Counted from the first letter of the stretch, positions 49,013 through 58,696 are shown. The stretch: 64,000 bases of DNA from Rhodospirillales bacterium (GCA_963669335.1 OY770023.1:3298873-3362872); one strand, 5' to 3'. The notes: generated from the sequence alone by a model not told the origin. A program made the numbers and translations.

Positions 49013-49761
49013 GCGATAAACCCATCGCGCTGGTAACCGGAGCCGCCCAGGGCATCGGTTACGCCTGCGCCGAGGCCTTGGCTGAGGACGGCGCGCGCGT
49101 GGTTCTGTCGGATATCAAAGAGGACGGCGTCACGGCCGCTGCCGCCAAGCTGGGTGGCGATGCCCTGCCGCATGTCTGCGACATGGGCGACGCGGACCAG
49201 GTGACGGCCATGTTCGACCGCATCGAGTCCGAGGTCGGCCCGGTCTCGATCCTGGTGAACAACGCCGGCATCGCGCTGCCCGGCGAGTTCCTGGAGACCC
49301 CGCTGGAGAACGTGCGCAAGGTGATCGACGTCAATCTGGTCGGTGTCTTCCTGGCCACACAGCGCTCCGCCAAGACCATGATCGCGCATGGCATCGAGGG
49401 GTCGATCATCAACATGTCCTCGATCAACGCCATCGTCTCGATCCCGCAGATCCCGACCTACTGCGCGACCAAGGGCGGGATCATGCAGCTGACCAAGGCA
49501 ACGGCCCTGGCGCTGGCTCCGCACAACATTCGGGTCAATGCCGTCGGCCCCGGCTCCGTCGATACGGAGATGATGGCTGGCGTCAACGCCAACCCGGAAG
49601 CGATGGCGCGCCTCATGTCGCGGACCCCGCTAAAGCGGGTGGGAACCCCGCGCGAGATCGGCGACGTGGTGGCCTTCCTGGCCAGCAAGAAGGCCAGCTA
49701 CATCACCGGCGAGACGATCTATGTCGACGGCGGCCGTCTCGGCATGAACTACACCTGTTAG
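49009..49761 (+). CDS. Short-chain dehydrogenase/reductase (SDR)
   Basis: TGAAQGIGYA cofactor motif, NNAG, and catalytic YCATK. ATGA overlap with hyuB. Confidence 0.88.
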   Translation: MSDKPIALVTGAAQGIGYACAEALAEDGARVVLSDIKEDGVTAAAAKLGGDALPHVCDMGDADQVTAMFDRIESEVGPVSILVNNAGIALPGEFLETPLENVRKVIDVNLVGVFLATQRSAKTMIAHGIEGSIINMSSINAIVSIPQIPTYCATKGGIMQLTKATALALAPHNIRVNAVGPGSVDTEMMAGVNANPEAMARLMSRTPLKRVGTPREIGDVVAFLASKKASYITGETIYVDGGRLGMNYTC

Positions 49762-49775
49762 GGAGCTCCGGAACC

Positions 49776-51686
49776 ATGTCGCGCTATCCAGAGACCTATG
49801 CCGCCTGGCGGAACGATCCCGAAGCCTTCTGGGGAGAGGCGGCCAAGGAGATCGACTGGTTCACGCCGGCCGAGCGGGTCTTCAACCCCGACGCCGGCGC
49901 CTATGGCCGCTGGTTCGACGGAGCGACCTGCAACACCTGTTGGAACTGCGTCGACCGCCATGTCGAGGCCGGCAACGGCTCACGCTCGGCCCTGCTCTAC
50001 GACAGCCCGGTCACCGGCATGCGGCGGACCTACAGCTTCAGTGACCTGCAGGCCGAGGTCGGAGCGCTGTCCGCCGTCATGCGGGCCCAGGGCGTCGGCA
50101 AGGGCGACCGCGTCATCATCTATATGCCGATGGTGCCGGAGGCGATCTTCGCGATGCTGGCAACGGCGCGCCTTGGCGCCATCCATTCCGTGGTCTTCGG
50201 CGGTTTTGCGGCGCGCGAACTGGCGACCCGGATCGACGACGCCAAGCCGAAGCTGATCATCTCGGCCTCATGCGGCATTGAGACCAAGCGCATCATCCCC
50301 TACAAGCCCTTGCTGGACGAGGCCATCGAGATCTCTGAGGCCAAGCCGGATCACTGCATCGTCCTGCAACGGCCCATGCACCCCTGCGACCTGATCGAGG
50401 GGCGTGATCTCGACTACGGCGAGGCCGTGGGTGCCGCTCGTGGCAAGGGCGAGACGACGGAGTGCGTGCCGGTCCTGGCAACAGACCCGCTCTATATCCT
50501 CTACACCTCCGGCACCACCGGACAGCCCAAGGGCGTGGTGCGCGACAACGGCGGCCACATGGTAGCGCTGAAGTGGACCATGGCCAATCACTATGGCCTA
50601 GAGCCGGGCGAGGTCTTCTGGGCTGCCTCCGACGTCGGCTGGGTCGTCGGTCACTCCTACATCTGCTATGGCCCGCTGCTGCATGGCTGCGGCACGGTGC
50701 TCTATGAGGGCAAGCCGGTCGGAACGCCCGATGCCGGTGCCTTCTGGCGGGTGATCGAAGAGAACGAGGTGGTCGCCCTCTTCACCGCGCCGACGGCCTT
50801 TCGGGCACTGAAGAAAGAGGACCCGCAGGGCGCGCTCATCAATCGCTATGACCTGCGCAAGTTTCGCACCCTTTTCCTCGCCGGCGAGCGCGCCGATCCC
50901 AACACCATTCAATGGGCTGAAGAGAAGCTGCAGCGCCCGGTGATCGACCACTGGTGGCAGACCGAAACCGGCTGGGCCATTGCCGGCAACCCAGTTGGCC
51001 TGGGCGCCATGCCGGTCAAATACGGCTCGCCCGGCGTGCCCATGCCCGGATACGATGTCTCCGTCCTGGATGATGAAGGCCATGCTGTCGCCGCCGGGAC
51101 CCTGGGCAACATCGTGATCAAGCTGCCGCTGCCGCCCTCAGGCTTCCCGACTCTCTGGCAGGCAGAGGCCCGCTTTCACTCCGCCTACATGGAGGAGTTT
51201 CCGGGCTACTACGCCACCTCCGACGCCGGGATCATCGACGAGGACGGCTACGTCTTCATCATGGCCCGCACCGACGACATCATCAATGTCGCCGGCCATC
51301 GCCTCTCGACCGGCGCCATGGAAGAGGTCATCGCCAGCCATCCCGACATTGCCGAATGCGCTGTCGTTGGCGTGGCCGACCAGATGAAGGGCCAGATGCC
51401 GCTTGGCCTCTTCGTCGTGAATGACGGGGCCGGCCGTGCCGCCAGTGACCTGGAGCGCGAGTTGGTCAAGTTGGTGCGCGAGAAGATCGGCCCCGTGGCC
51501 GCCTTCAAGACCGCAATCGAGGTCCCGCGCCTGCCCAAGACCCGCTCCGGCAAGGTGCTGCGCGGCACCATTCAAAAGATCGCCGATCAGGAGCCCTGGA
51601 AGATGCCCGCAGCGATCGACGATCCAGAGATCCTGACCGAGATCGAATCCGCTCTGTCGCAGCGCGGCTACGCCTCGGGCGCCTAG
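49776..51686 (+). CDS. prpE: Propionate--CoA ligase-like acyl-CoA synthetase
   Basis: 636 aa. N-terminal YAAWRNDPEAFWGEAAKEIDWF, the AMP-binding motif YTSGTTGQPKGV, and C-terminal PKTRSGKVLR. Length and N-terminus are PrpE/Acs-like. The actual substrate is not determinable. Confidence 0.7.
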   Translation: MSRYPETYAAWRNDPEAFWGEAAKEIDWFTPAERVFNPDAGAYGRWFDGATCNTCWNCVDRHVEAGNGSRSALLYDSPVTGMRRTYSFSDLQAEVGALSAVMRAQGVGKGDRVIIYMPMVPEAIFAMLATARLGAIHSVVFGGFAARELATRIDDAKPKLIISASCGIETKRIIPYKPLLDEAIEISEAKPDHCIVLQRPMHPCDLIEGRDLDYGEAVGAARGKGETTECVPVLATDPLYILYTSGTTGQPKGVVRDNGGHMVALKWTMANHYGLEPGEVFWAASDVGWVVGHSYICYGPLLHGCGTVLYEGKPVGTPDAGAFWRVIEENEVVALFTAPTAFRALKKEDPQGALINRYDLRKFRTLFLAGERADPNTIQWAEEKLQRPVIDHWWQTETGWAIAGNPVGLGAMPVKYGSPGVPMPGYDVSVLDDEGHAVAAGTLGNIVIKLPLPPSGFPTLWQAEARFHSAYMEEFPGYYATSDAGIIDEDGYVFIMARTDDIINVAGHRLSTGAMEEVIASHPDIAECAVVGVADQMKGQMPLGLFVVNDGAGRAASDLERELVKLVREKIGPVAAFKTAIEVPRLPKTRSGKVLRGTIQKIADQEPWKMPAAIDDPEILTEIESALSQRGYASGA

Positions 51687-51725
51687 AATCACAAAGAACA
51701 GAAATCAACACGGAGGGAGAAACCC

Positions 51726-52475
51726 ATGGCACAAGATGACACCCCTGCAGTCAAGATCACCAACCTGCACAAGTACTACGGTGCCTATCACGCCCTGAAG
51801 GACATTAACCTGACGGTCGCGAAGGGTGAGCGCATCGTGATCTGCGGGCCTTCGGGTTCCGGCAAGTCGACGATGATCCGCTGCATCAATCAGTTGGAGG
51901 AGCACCAGTCCGGCGAGATCGAGATTCAAGGCGACCCGATCCACGCCGATGCCTCCAACATCGAAGAGATGCGGCGCGAGGTCGGGATGGTGTTTCAGCA
52001 CTTCAACCTCTTCCCGCATATGACGATCCTGGAGAACTGCACCCTGGCACCCCGCCTGGTGCGCGGCACGCCGCAGGCTGAGGCCGATGCCGAGGCCATG
52101 CGCTTTCTGGAGAAGGTGCAGATCGCCAATCAGGCGGCCAAGTACCCGGGCCAGCTCTCCGGCGGACAGCAGCAGCGTGTGGCCATCGCCCGCGCGCTTT
52201 GCATGCGCCCCGACATCTTGCTGTTCGACGAGCCGACCTCGGCCCTCGATCCGGAGATGATCGGCGAGGTGCTGGATGTCATGGTGACCCTGGCGCAAGA
52301 AGGCATGACCATGCTCTGCGTCACCCACGAGATGGGCTTCGCCAGAAAGGTAGCCGACAGGGTCATCTTTATGGATGCGGGCGAAATCATCGAAGAGGGC
52401 GATCCCGAGAGCTTCTTCACCAACCCGAAGAGTGATCGGACCCGCACCTTCCTGGATCAAGTTCTAAGCCACTAG
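51726..52475 (+). CDS. aapP: Amino-acid ABC transporter ATP-binding protein (AapP/BztD family)
   Basis: Walker [10 protein letters not shown], signature LSGGQQQR, Walker [12 protein letters not shown]. Extended blocks ([56 protein letters not shown]) match polar-amino-acid/AapP ATPases. Confidence 0.85.
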   Translation: MAQDDTPAVKITNLHKYYGAYHALKDINLTVAKGERIVICGPSGSGKSTMIRCINQLEEHQSGEIEIQGDPIHADASNIEEMRREVGMVFQHFNLFPHMTILENCTLAPRLVRGTPQAEADAEAMRFLEKVQIANQAAKYPGQLSGGQQQRVAIARALCMRPDILLFDEPTSALDPEMIGEVLDVMVTLAQEGMTMLCVTHEMGFARKVADRVIFMDAGEIIEEGDPESFFTNPKSDRTRTFLDQVLSH

Positions 52476-52624
52476 AGCACTTCGGGTTCGCATAGTCTCA
52501 CCCGGAGCGCTCTAGCCTTCTGATTCATAAACAAATCGTCGTCGCAGATGATTCCATCTGCTCGGGATTTGTTCTAGCGCAAGGCAGATCATCGCTGCCT
52601 GCAACTGTCGTTCAGTCTGTTTCG

Positions 52625-52656
52625 CTTGGCTCCTTGACCCAGGTCAATGAGCCAAG
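52625..52656. promoter_or_regulatory. 32-bp imperfect palindrome upstream of the HlyD/RbbA operon
   Basis: CTTGGCTCCTTGACC-ca-GGTCAATGAGCCAAG has 14/15 complementary arms. It lies 78 nt upstream of the GTG start at 52734. Confidence 0.45.
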
Positions 52657-52733
52657 CTGCGTTTCACGCCAAGCTATTGCTCGCGAGAATGACTTGATAG
52701 GCCGGACCCGGTCCGCCCTTAAGGATTGGCAGC

Positions 52734-53756
52734 GTGAAACTCATCTCCTGGAAAACCGCGACCGTCGTCGGCGTGTCGGCGATCGGGCTTGCTCTGATTG
52801 TCTGGTCTCTTCAGGATTCTGATCCCCTGCCCGAGGGGATTGCGCGCGCCAATGGCCGGATCGAGGCGGAGCGCATTGATGTTGCGACCAAGCACCCCGG
52901 CCGCATTGCCGAGATCCTGACCGAGGAAGGCGCCTTCGTGTCGGAGGGCCAGGCCCTGGTGCTGATTGACGACGAAGAGGTCCAAGCCCAGCTGCGCGAA
53001 GCCAAAGCCGCCATAGAGGAGGCTCATCGCTATGAAGAGCATGCCACGGCAGTCCTGCAGCAGCGTGAGAGCGAACTGACCTTTGCCAAGCAGGAACTCC
53101 ACCGCTCTGAGACTCTCTTGCGGCGGAGTTTCGCCGCGCAAGAGGTGGTCGACCAGCGTCGCAGCCAGGTCTTGGCGGCAGAGGCCATGGTCATCGCCGC
53201 CAAAGCCGAGATTGCGCGCGCCCAGGCAGCAATAGACGGCGCCCTGGCACGACGAGACCGATTGGAATCAGTCCTGGAGGATCACGTCTTGGCCGCACCG
53301 CGAGACGGGCGTGTGCAGTACAGGCTGGCCAGCGAAGGCGAGGTCCTGGGTGGAGGCGGTCGCATCCTCACCCTGCTCGACCTGACCGATGTCTATATGA
53401 CGGTCTTCCTGCCGACCGCAGAGGCCGGGCGCCTCAGCATCGGCGATGAGGCGCGCATCGTCCTGGATGCGGCATCAGAGTACGTGATTCCGGCCCAGGT
53501 CAGCTTTGTCGCCGCTGAGGCGCAGTTCACACCGAAGTATGTCGAGACTGAAGACGAGCGGCAGAAGCTCATGTTCCGGGTCAAGGTAAAAATCGACCCC
53601 GATCTGCTCCGCCAATATCAGCGCGTGGTGAAGACCGGTCTTCCCGGCGTCGCCTATCTGCGAACCTCCAGCGATGCCCTCTGGCCTGCCGACTTGGCCC
53701 CCCACCTGCCCGCACCGCCCTCCAGCTCGGCCCTGAGTGCGCCTTCTGCAAGCTAA
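52734..53756 (+). CDS. HlyD-family membrane-fusion protein (YhiI-like)
   Basis: N-terminal membrane anchor, coiled-coil region, and the C-terminal block FTPKYVETEDERQKLMFRVKV typical of the family. Precedes an RbbA-type gene. Confidence 0.82.
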   Translation: MKLISWKTATVVGVSAIGLALIVWSLQDSDPLPEGIARANGRIEAERIDVATKHPGRIAEILTEEGAFVSEGQALVLIDDEEVQAQLREAKAAIEEAHRYEEHATAVLQQRESELTFAKQELHRSETLLRRSFAAQEVVDQRRSQVLAAEAMVIAAKAEIARAQAAIDGALARRDRLESVLEDHVLAAPRDGRVQYRLASEGEVLGGGGRILTLLDLTDVYMTVFLPTAEAGRLSIGDEARIVLDAASEYVIPAQVSFVAAEAQFTPKYVETEDERQKLMFRVKVKIDPDLLRQYQRVVKTGLPGVAYLRTSSDALWPADLAPHLPAPPSSSALSAPSAS

Positions 53757-53772
53757 CGCGAGCCACTGAGAG

Positions 53773-56502
53773 ATGTCTTTCGACGGTGCCAGTGTCGCCA
53801 GCTTGACGGAGGTCAGCCATCGCTACCGCGGCCGCCCTGCCCTCTTGGACGTCAGCTTGGAGGTCCCGGCCGGCTGCACGGTGGGTTTCATCGGCCCGGA
53901 TGGTGTCGGAAAATCCTCTCTTCTGGCCTTGATCGCAGGGGTCAAGCGCCGGCAGGAGGGCCGCATCTGGACCCTGGGTGGCGACATGAGCCGGGCGAAG
54001 CATCGCCGCAATGTCTTGGGACGCCTTGCCTACATGCCGCAGGGCTTGGGCCAGAGCCTCTATCCCAGTTTGAGCGTAAGAGAGAACGTCGATTTCTTCG
54101 GGCGGCTCTTTGGCCATGACGCTGCCGAGCGCCGCGAACGCATCGAGGCCCTGCTGCAGTCGACGGGCTTGACCGCCTTCGCGGAACGGCCGGCCGGCAA
54201 GCTCTCAGGCGGCATGAAGCAGAAGCTCTCGCTCTGCTGTGCCCTGATCCATGATCCGGACCTCCTCATTCTGGACGAGCCGACCACCGGTATCGACCCG
54301 CTGTCACGCCGCCAGTTCTGGGCTTTGATCGACGCAATCAAGGAAAGACGTCCCAGCATGAGCGTGCTGGCCGCGACCGCCGACATGGACGAGGCGGAGC
54401 GCTTTGACCACCTGGTCGCCCTCAACGCCGGGCGCGTTCTGGCTAGCGGTTCTGCACAAGACCTAAAGTCGAGCACCGGAACCCAAAGTCTGGAACAGGC
54501 TTTCCTGGCCCTCCTGCCCGAAGAAGAACGAAGCAGGCCCCAGGCATCTGAGCCCGCCTCGCTGCCTGAGACCGCCGGCACGCCTGCCATTGAGGCATTG
54601 GGTCTGACCAAGGTCTTCGGCGATTTTACGGCGGTCGATCAGGTCACCCTCTCCATCGCACGCGGGGAGATCTTCGGGTTCTTAGGCTCGAACGGCTGCG
54701 GCAAGACCACGACCATGAAGATGCTGACCGGCCTCTTGCCGCCCACAGCCGGCAGCGCGCGCCTCTTCGGTCACGAGGTCGATGCCCGCGATCTGGAGAC
54801 CAGACGTCGGGTCGGTTACATGAGCCAGTCCTTTTCTCTCTATGGCGAGCTCAGCGTCCGGCAGAACCTGAACCTGCATGCCAAGCTCTTTCAGATTCCG
54901 GCTGGAGAGGCGACGGTGCGGATTACAGAACTTCTGGATCGCTTCAAGCTTGAGTCGGTCGCAGACTTCTTGCCTAGTGCGCTGCCGCTCGGCGTGCGTC
55001 AGCGCCTGCAGCTGGCCGTGGCGGTGATCCACCGGCCCGAAATGCTGATCCTGGACGAACCCACCTCTGGCGTCGACCTGGTCGCGCGCGAAGAGTTCTG
55101 GGCGCTCCTGGTGGATCTCTCGCGCAACGACGGCGTCACCATCTTCATCTCGACCCACTTCCTGCAGGAGGCGGAGCGCTGCGACCGGGTCTCCTTCATG
55201 CATGCCGGCAAGCTGCTGGCGGTCGGCACCCCAGGCGATCTCAGGGCCGCGCAAGAGGCAGACACACTGGAAGAGGCTTTCATCGGCTACCTGGAAGCCC
55301 TGGAGCCTGACAACCGCACCGCTTCCAGGCCCTTCGTTGCCGACGCCGACCACAAAGCGGAGCCAAGGGCTCTTGCCTTCGACCCCAGCCGCTTTTGGGC
55401 CTTCGCTCGCCGTGAGAGCGTCGAGGTGATCCGAGACCCAATTCGCCTGGCCTTTGCACTGATCAATCCTATCATCCTGATGCTCGCCATGTGCTTTGGG
55501 ATCTCCTTCGACATCGAAGAGGTTCCCTTCGCCGCACTCGACCAAGACCAAACCAGAGAGAGCCGCGCGTTCCTGGAGTTTCTGGGCGGCTCCCGCTATC
55601 TCGCCGAACACCCCCCCTTCACATCGGAAGCCGAGTTGGACCGCCGGCTGGTGGAGGGCGACATCAAGGCCGCCCTCATCCTGCCGCCGGACTTCGGACG
55701 CGATCTGCTGGCGGGGCGACAGCCCGAGATCGCCGTCTGGCTGGAGGGCTCCGACACCTATCGGGCGGAAACGGCCAGAGGCTACCTGCAGGCCGTGCAG
55801 CAAGACTTTTTGGCAGCGCTTGCCGAAGACCGGAGGGTGGCACAGGCGCAAGCGCCACCGGCCGAGAGCGCGGTCCGTTTCCGCTACAACCAGACCTTCG
55901 CCAGCGTCAATGCCATCGCGCCTGGCGCCATCATGATGATGCTGATCATGACGCCGGCGATGCTGACGGCCCTGGGCGTGGTGCGCGAGAAGGAGCTAGG
56001 GTCGATCGCCAACTTCTATGCTGCCCCCGTCTCCAAGCTGGAGTTCCTGATCGGCAAGCAGGCCCCCTATATCGTCATCGCCTTTGTCAGCTTTCTGCTG
56101 CTCTTCGTGGTCATGCGCTTGGGTCTTGGCGTCGTCTCGGCCGGCAGCTTCCTCGCTCTCTCGCTTGGCGCACTCTGCTTTGTGATGGCGGCAACTGCCT
56201 TCGGCCTGGTCATGTCGACCCTGGTGCGTTCACAGATTGCGGCCATCTTCGGCACCGCCATCGTCACCATGACGCCGACAGTCAACTTCTCCGGCATGCT
56301 CTACCCGACCGCCAGCTTGGAGGGCGGCGCCCGCGTCATCTCCGCGGCCTTTCCTTCGACCTACTTTCAAAGCATCGCCTCGGGGGTGGTGAACAAAGGC
56401 TTGGACATGTCCCTGCTCTACCCGGATCATCTGATGCTCTTAGGCATGACCGCCGGGCTCTGGTTCTTGGCCGCCCTCTTGCTGCGCAAACAGGCTCCCT
56501 GA
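53773..56502 (+). CDS. rbbA: Fused double-ATPase + ABC-2 permease protein (RbbA/YhiH-like)
   Basis: 909 aa. Two Walker A sites (GPDGVGKSS, GSNGCGKTT), two signatures (LSGGMKQK, ALPLGVRQR), and a C-terminal ABC-2 membrane domain. This is the same architecture and gene order as E. coli yhiI-rbbA-yhhJ. Confidence 0.8.
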   Translation: MSFDGASVASLTEVSHRYRGRPALLDVSLEVPAGCTVGFIGPDGVGKSSLLALIAGVKRRQEGRIWTLGGDMSRAKHRRNVLGRLAYMPQGLGQSLYPSLSVRENVDFFGRLFGHDAAERRERIEALLQSTGLTAFAERPAGKLSGGMKQKLSLCCALIHDPDLLILDEPTTGIDPLSRRQFWALIDAIKERRPSMSVLAATADMDEAERFDHLVALNAGRVLASGSAQDLKSSTGTQSLEQAFLALLPEEERSRPQASEPASLPETAGTPAIEALGLTKVFGDFTAVDQVTLSIARGEIFGFLGSNGCGKTTTMKMLTGLLPPTAGSARLFGHEVDARDLETRRRVGYMSQSFSLYGELSVRQNLNLHAKLFQIPAGEATVRITELLDRFKLESVADFLPSALPLGVRQRLQLAVAVIHRPEMLILDEPTSGVDLVAREEFWALLVDLSRNDGVTIFISTHFLQEAERCDRVSFMHAGKLLAVGTPGDLRAAQEADTLEEAFIGYLEALEPDNRTASRPFVADADHKAEPRALAFDPSRFWAFARRESVEVIRDPIRLAFALINPIILMLAMCFGISFDIEEVPFAALDQDQTRESRAFLEFLGGSRYLAEHPPFTSEAELDRRLVEGDIKAALILPPDFGRDLLAGRQPEIAVWLEGSDTYRAETARGYLQAVQQDFLAALAEDRRVAQAQAPPAESAVRFRYNQTFASVNAIAPGAIMMMLIMTPAMLTALGVVREKELGSIANFYAAPVSKLEFLIGKQAPYIVIAFVSFLLLFVVMRLGLGVVSAGSFLALSLGALCFVMAATAFGLVMSTLVRSQIAAIFGTAIVTMTPTVNFSGMLYPTASLEGGARVISAAFPSTYFQSIASGVVNKGLDMSLLYPDHLMLLGMTAGLWFLAALLLRKQAP

Positions 56503-56503
56503 T

Positions 56504-57640
56504 ATGCCGAGGTCTTCATCAAAACTCGGCATCGTCCTGGCACTTAGCGTCAAGGAGCTGTGGAGCCTGCTGCGAGATCCGGTTCTGCTGCTCTTGATCC
56601 TCTACAGCTTCACCTTTGCCATCGTCTCGGTCGCCAATGGTGTGCAAAACACGGTGCGCAACGCCGCCATTGCCGTGGTCGATGAGGACGAGTCCCTGCT
56701 CTCAGCACGCCTCCAGAACGCGCTGCTGCCCCCCTATTTCCAGCCGGCCCAATCCATCGGTCTCGAGGAGATCGATCCCTTGATGGATCGCGGTCGCTTC
56801 ACCTTCGTGCTCGACATCCCACCGGACTTCCAAAGTGACGTGCTGGCTGGTCGACAACCAGCGATACAGCTAAACGTCGATGCAACCGCCATGTCGATGG
56901 CGGGTAACGGCGTGCGCTACATTGAGACCATTCTGGCCCAGGAGATATCCTCCTTCGTCGGTCGAGACGAGACCCGCAGCACGCCACCCTTCACCTTGGT
57001 GACCCGCGCACGCTTCAATCCAAATCTTGAATCCAAGTGGTTCATGGCGGTGATGCAGCTGATCCAGAACGTCACCACCATGGGCCTGATCCTGACCGGC
57101 GCGGCGGTCCTGCGCGAGCGCGAGCATGGGACCTTGGAGCACCTCTTGGTGATGCCGCTTAGAGCCAAGGAGATCATGCTCTCCAAGATCCTCGCCAATG
57201 GCGGCGTGATCGTCCTGACCGCAGTGGTGTCCTTGATTGCCGTGGTGGAGATCTGGATCGGGATTCCCATTCAAGGCTCCCCGGCCCTCTTTGCCTTGGG
57301 CGCGGCGGCCTACCTCTTCTCGGTCACGGCGCTGGGCATTCTTTTATCGACAGTCGCCCGATCAATGCAGCAGTTCGGCCTGATCTGCATTCCCGTCTTT
57401 GTGGTCATGAACATGCTCTCGGGCGGGGTGACACCTCTGGAATCGATGCCGACGGCGCTGCAGACCATCATGCAGATCTCGCCCTCCACGCATTACGTCA
57501 ACCTCTCCAAGGCGGTGCTCTTTCGCGGTGCCGATCTGGGCGTGATCTGGCCGGACTTGGCCAAGTCCCTCGCTCTCGGCCTCGTCTTCTTCGTCATCGG
57601 CCTGCTGCGCTTTCGGGCCTCAATCGCCGCGCAGAGGTAG
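56504..57640 (+). CDS. ABC-2 type transporter permease (YhhJ-like)
   Basis: 378-aa protein with an N-terminal TM, a large periplasmic loop, then five further TM segments. Starts 1 nt after the rbbA stop. Confidence 0.8.
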   Translation: MPRSSSKLGIVLALSVKELWSLLRDPVLLLLILYSFTFAIVSVANGVQNTVRNAAIAVVDEDESLLSARLQNALLPPYFQPAQSIGLEEIDPLMDRGRFTFVLDIPPDFQSDVLAGRQPAIQLNVDATAMSMAGNGVRYIETILAQEISSFVGRDETRSTPPFTLVTRARFNPNLESKWFMAVMQLIQNVTTMGLILTGAAVLREREHGTLEHLLVMPLRAKEIMLSKILANGGVIVLTAVVSLIAVVEIWIGIPIQGSPALFALGAAAYLFSVTALGILLSTVARSMQQFGLICIPVFVVMNMLSGGVTPLESMPTALQTIMQISPSTHYVNLSKAVLFRGADLGVIWPDLAKSLALGLVFFVIGLLRFRASIAAQR

Positions 57641-57706
57641 GCGCCTGCCCTTGCCATCCCCGCCGCGGCCTTCCAAGCTGTGTGCCGAGGACGGGATAGA
57701 GAGGCG

Positions 57707-58696
57707 ATGACGAAAGCACAGGTAATCCATGAACTGGGGCCACCCGACGCGATGCGCTGGGAGGACTGGCCCCTGCCCGATCCCGGCCCTGGTGAGGTAC
57801 AACTGCGGCACACGGCGGTTGGCGTCAACTTCGCCGATACCTACCACCGCGGCGGCATCTCCCATCCCTGGCCGGTTCCGCCCTGTCCTGTCGTGATCGG
57901 CTTCGAGGGCGTGGGCGTCGTCGAGGGACTGGGAGGTGGGGTGGCGGACTTCGCTGTCGGAGACCGGGTCGCCTATGGCATTCCACCACTCGGCAGCTAT
58001 GCAGAGAGGCGCAACTACCCCGTCGACAAGCTGTTGCACCTACCCGATGGCTTGGACGACAGACAGGTGGCGGCTCTCTTGATGAAGGGCATGACGGCGC
58101 ACTACCTGCTGCACCGCACCTACAAGGTCCAGCCGGGCGATACCATCCTGGTGCATGCCGCGGCTGGCGGTATGGGCCTAATCCTCTGCCAATGGGCAAA
58201 GGCCTTAGGAGCCACCGTTGTCGGGACCGTCAGCACAGAGGCCAAGGCCGAGGCTGCAGCCGCCGCCGGGTGCCACTATCCTGTGGTCCGCTCCAAAGAG
58301 GACTTCGTCACCAAGGTCCGAGAGGTCACCGACGGTGAGGGCGCGGCCGTCGTCTACGAGGCCATCGGCAAGGACACACTGCAGGACTCCCTGGACTGCC
58401 TGCGTCTCATGGGCGTCTGCGCCGCCTATGGTCATGTCTCCGGCCCGCCCGATCCGGTCGACATCATCCAGGACCTCGGCCGCCGCGGGTCCCTCTTCAT
58501 CACCCGCCCGGCAATCATGCACTACGTTGCCAAGCGTGCTGACCTGGAATGGACCGCGCGCGATCTCTTTAAGGCAATCGGCGACGGCATCCTGGATGCC
58601 AACGTAAACTACGAGTACCCCTTGAAAGATGCCGTCAAAGCACATCAGGCAATCGAAAGCGGAACGACCTTGGGTGCAACCGTCTTGATCCCCTAG
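57707..58696 (+). CDS. qor: NADPH:quinone oxidoreductase (zeta-crystallin/MDR family)
   Basis: GEVQLRHTAVGVNFADTYHRGG, ILVHAAAGGMGL. Start at ATG 57707 (MTKAQVIHELG). Confidence 0.8.
   Translation: MTKAQVIHELGPPDAMRWEDWPLPDPGPGEVQLRHTAVGVNFADTYHRGGISHPWPVPPCPVVIGFEGVGVVEGLGGGVADFAVGDRVAYGIPPLGSYAERRNYPVDKLLHLPDGLDDRQVAALLMKGMTAHYLLHRTYKVQPGDTILVHAAAGGMGLILCQWAKALGATVVGTVSTEAKAEAAAAAGCHYPVVRSKEDFVTKVREVTDGEGAAVVYEAIGKDTLQDSLDCLRLMGVCAAYGHVSGPPDPVDIIQDLGRRGSLFITRPAIMHYVAKRADLEWTARDLFKAIGDGILDANVNYEYPLKDAVKAHQAIESGTTLGATVLIP

Noticed and set aside
384-56597. Many long ORFs antisense or out of frame to the called genes. Examples: 384-1382(-), 2806-3867(-), 4631-5659(-), 7982-9829(-) at 615 aa, 23511-24578(+), 27357-29291(+) at 644 aa, 29864-30979(+), 31097-32425(+), 33565-34695(-), 34841-35902(-), 35838-36728(-), 44059-45264(-), 46461-47348(-), 54682-55851(-), 55491-56597(+).
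   Set aside because: Their translations are Arg/Gly/Ala/Pro/His-rich low-complexity strings with no recognisable motifs. Each lies fully over a gene with clear family signatures. Such stop-free shadow frames are expected in DNA of roughly 65% GC.
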